A program made the translations under genes and the position numbers. A stretch of DNA of 64,000 nt from Harriotta raleighana. Lineage: Eukaryota. This document shows positions 63,634-64,000 of this stretch, piece by piece. Each line of letters begins with the position of its first letter. The stretch's first letter is position 1. A model generated the notes under the pieces. That model saw only the letters and a list, made by a program, of their open reading frames with translations. It had not been told where the DNA came from and searched no databases. Location of the stretch: assembly GCA_050575255.1 (NCBI GenBank), contig JBNZDD010013586.1, positions 525,083 to 589,082 of the forward strand, read 5' to 3'.

Positions 63634-64000
63634 CTGAATCTAGTTGCACACAAACTGACCAAGAAGTCACTGATACAAGTTTAATCTTTTAAGATCTGTG
63701 ATCATTTGTTGGATTCACCTTACTGATGTGGGAAGGTAAATAATCTAAGCCTGCACGTTTGTGCTATATATTATGTGTGCTTTCAATGTAATTTTGCAAA
63801 ATACTGTGCCAGGGAGTTTAATTGCAAGATCCCATCACATCAAAAACATTAAAACAGGAGAACAGGTAACAACTCACTCAAGAATTATCTTTTGGGTTTG
63901 TCTCAAGCACTAGAAATCCCAGTACTTACCAAAATACCAAATTTGTGAAAATATCTCTTTTTTTCTCATGATTGATGGTGTACATCTGTTTGTTGGTGGT

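Overview
Eukaryotic, AT-rich, essentially non-coding DNA that reads as intronic or promoter-flanking sequence from a vertebrate. The repeat content (one dominant tRNA-headed SINE with an L2-type tail, SacSINE1/AmnSINE1-like Deu-domain SINEs, a HER1/HE1-type CR1 tail, CR1 and L2 ORF2 fragments) points to a cartilaginous fish, plausibly a chimaera such as Callorhinchus; this is inference from recalled consensus sequences. I found no credible protein-coding ORF: the track entries are short random frames or translations of repeats. A repeat-poor block at about 12.2-15.6 kb has several strong minus-strand splice donors, CCAAT boxes and a CTCF-like motif, and may hold alternative first exons of an unidentified minus-strand gene. 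Eight single N bases each separate two near-identical copies of the same sequence, most likely two haplotypes placed side by side by the assembler. One of these pairs shows a retroposon insertion in both filled and empty state with a 9-bp target-site duplication. A 607-bp Tigger/pogo-like MITE sits inside a SINE. I see no convincing evidence for a new biological system; the best leads concern retroposon activity and the candidate promoter cluster. Repeat boundaries were read by eye and are approximate unless stated.
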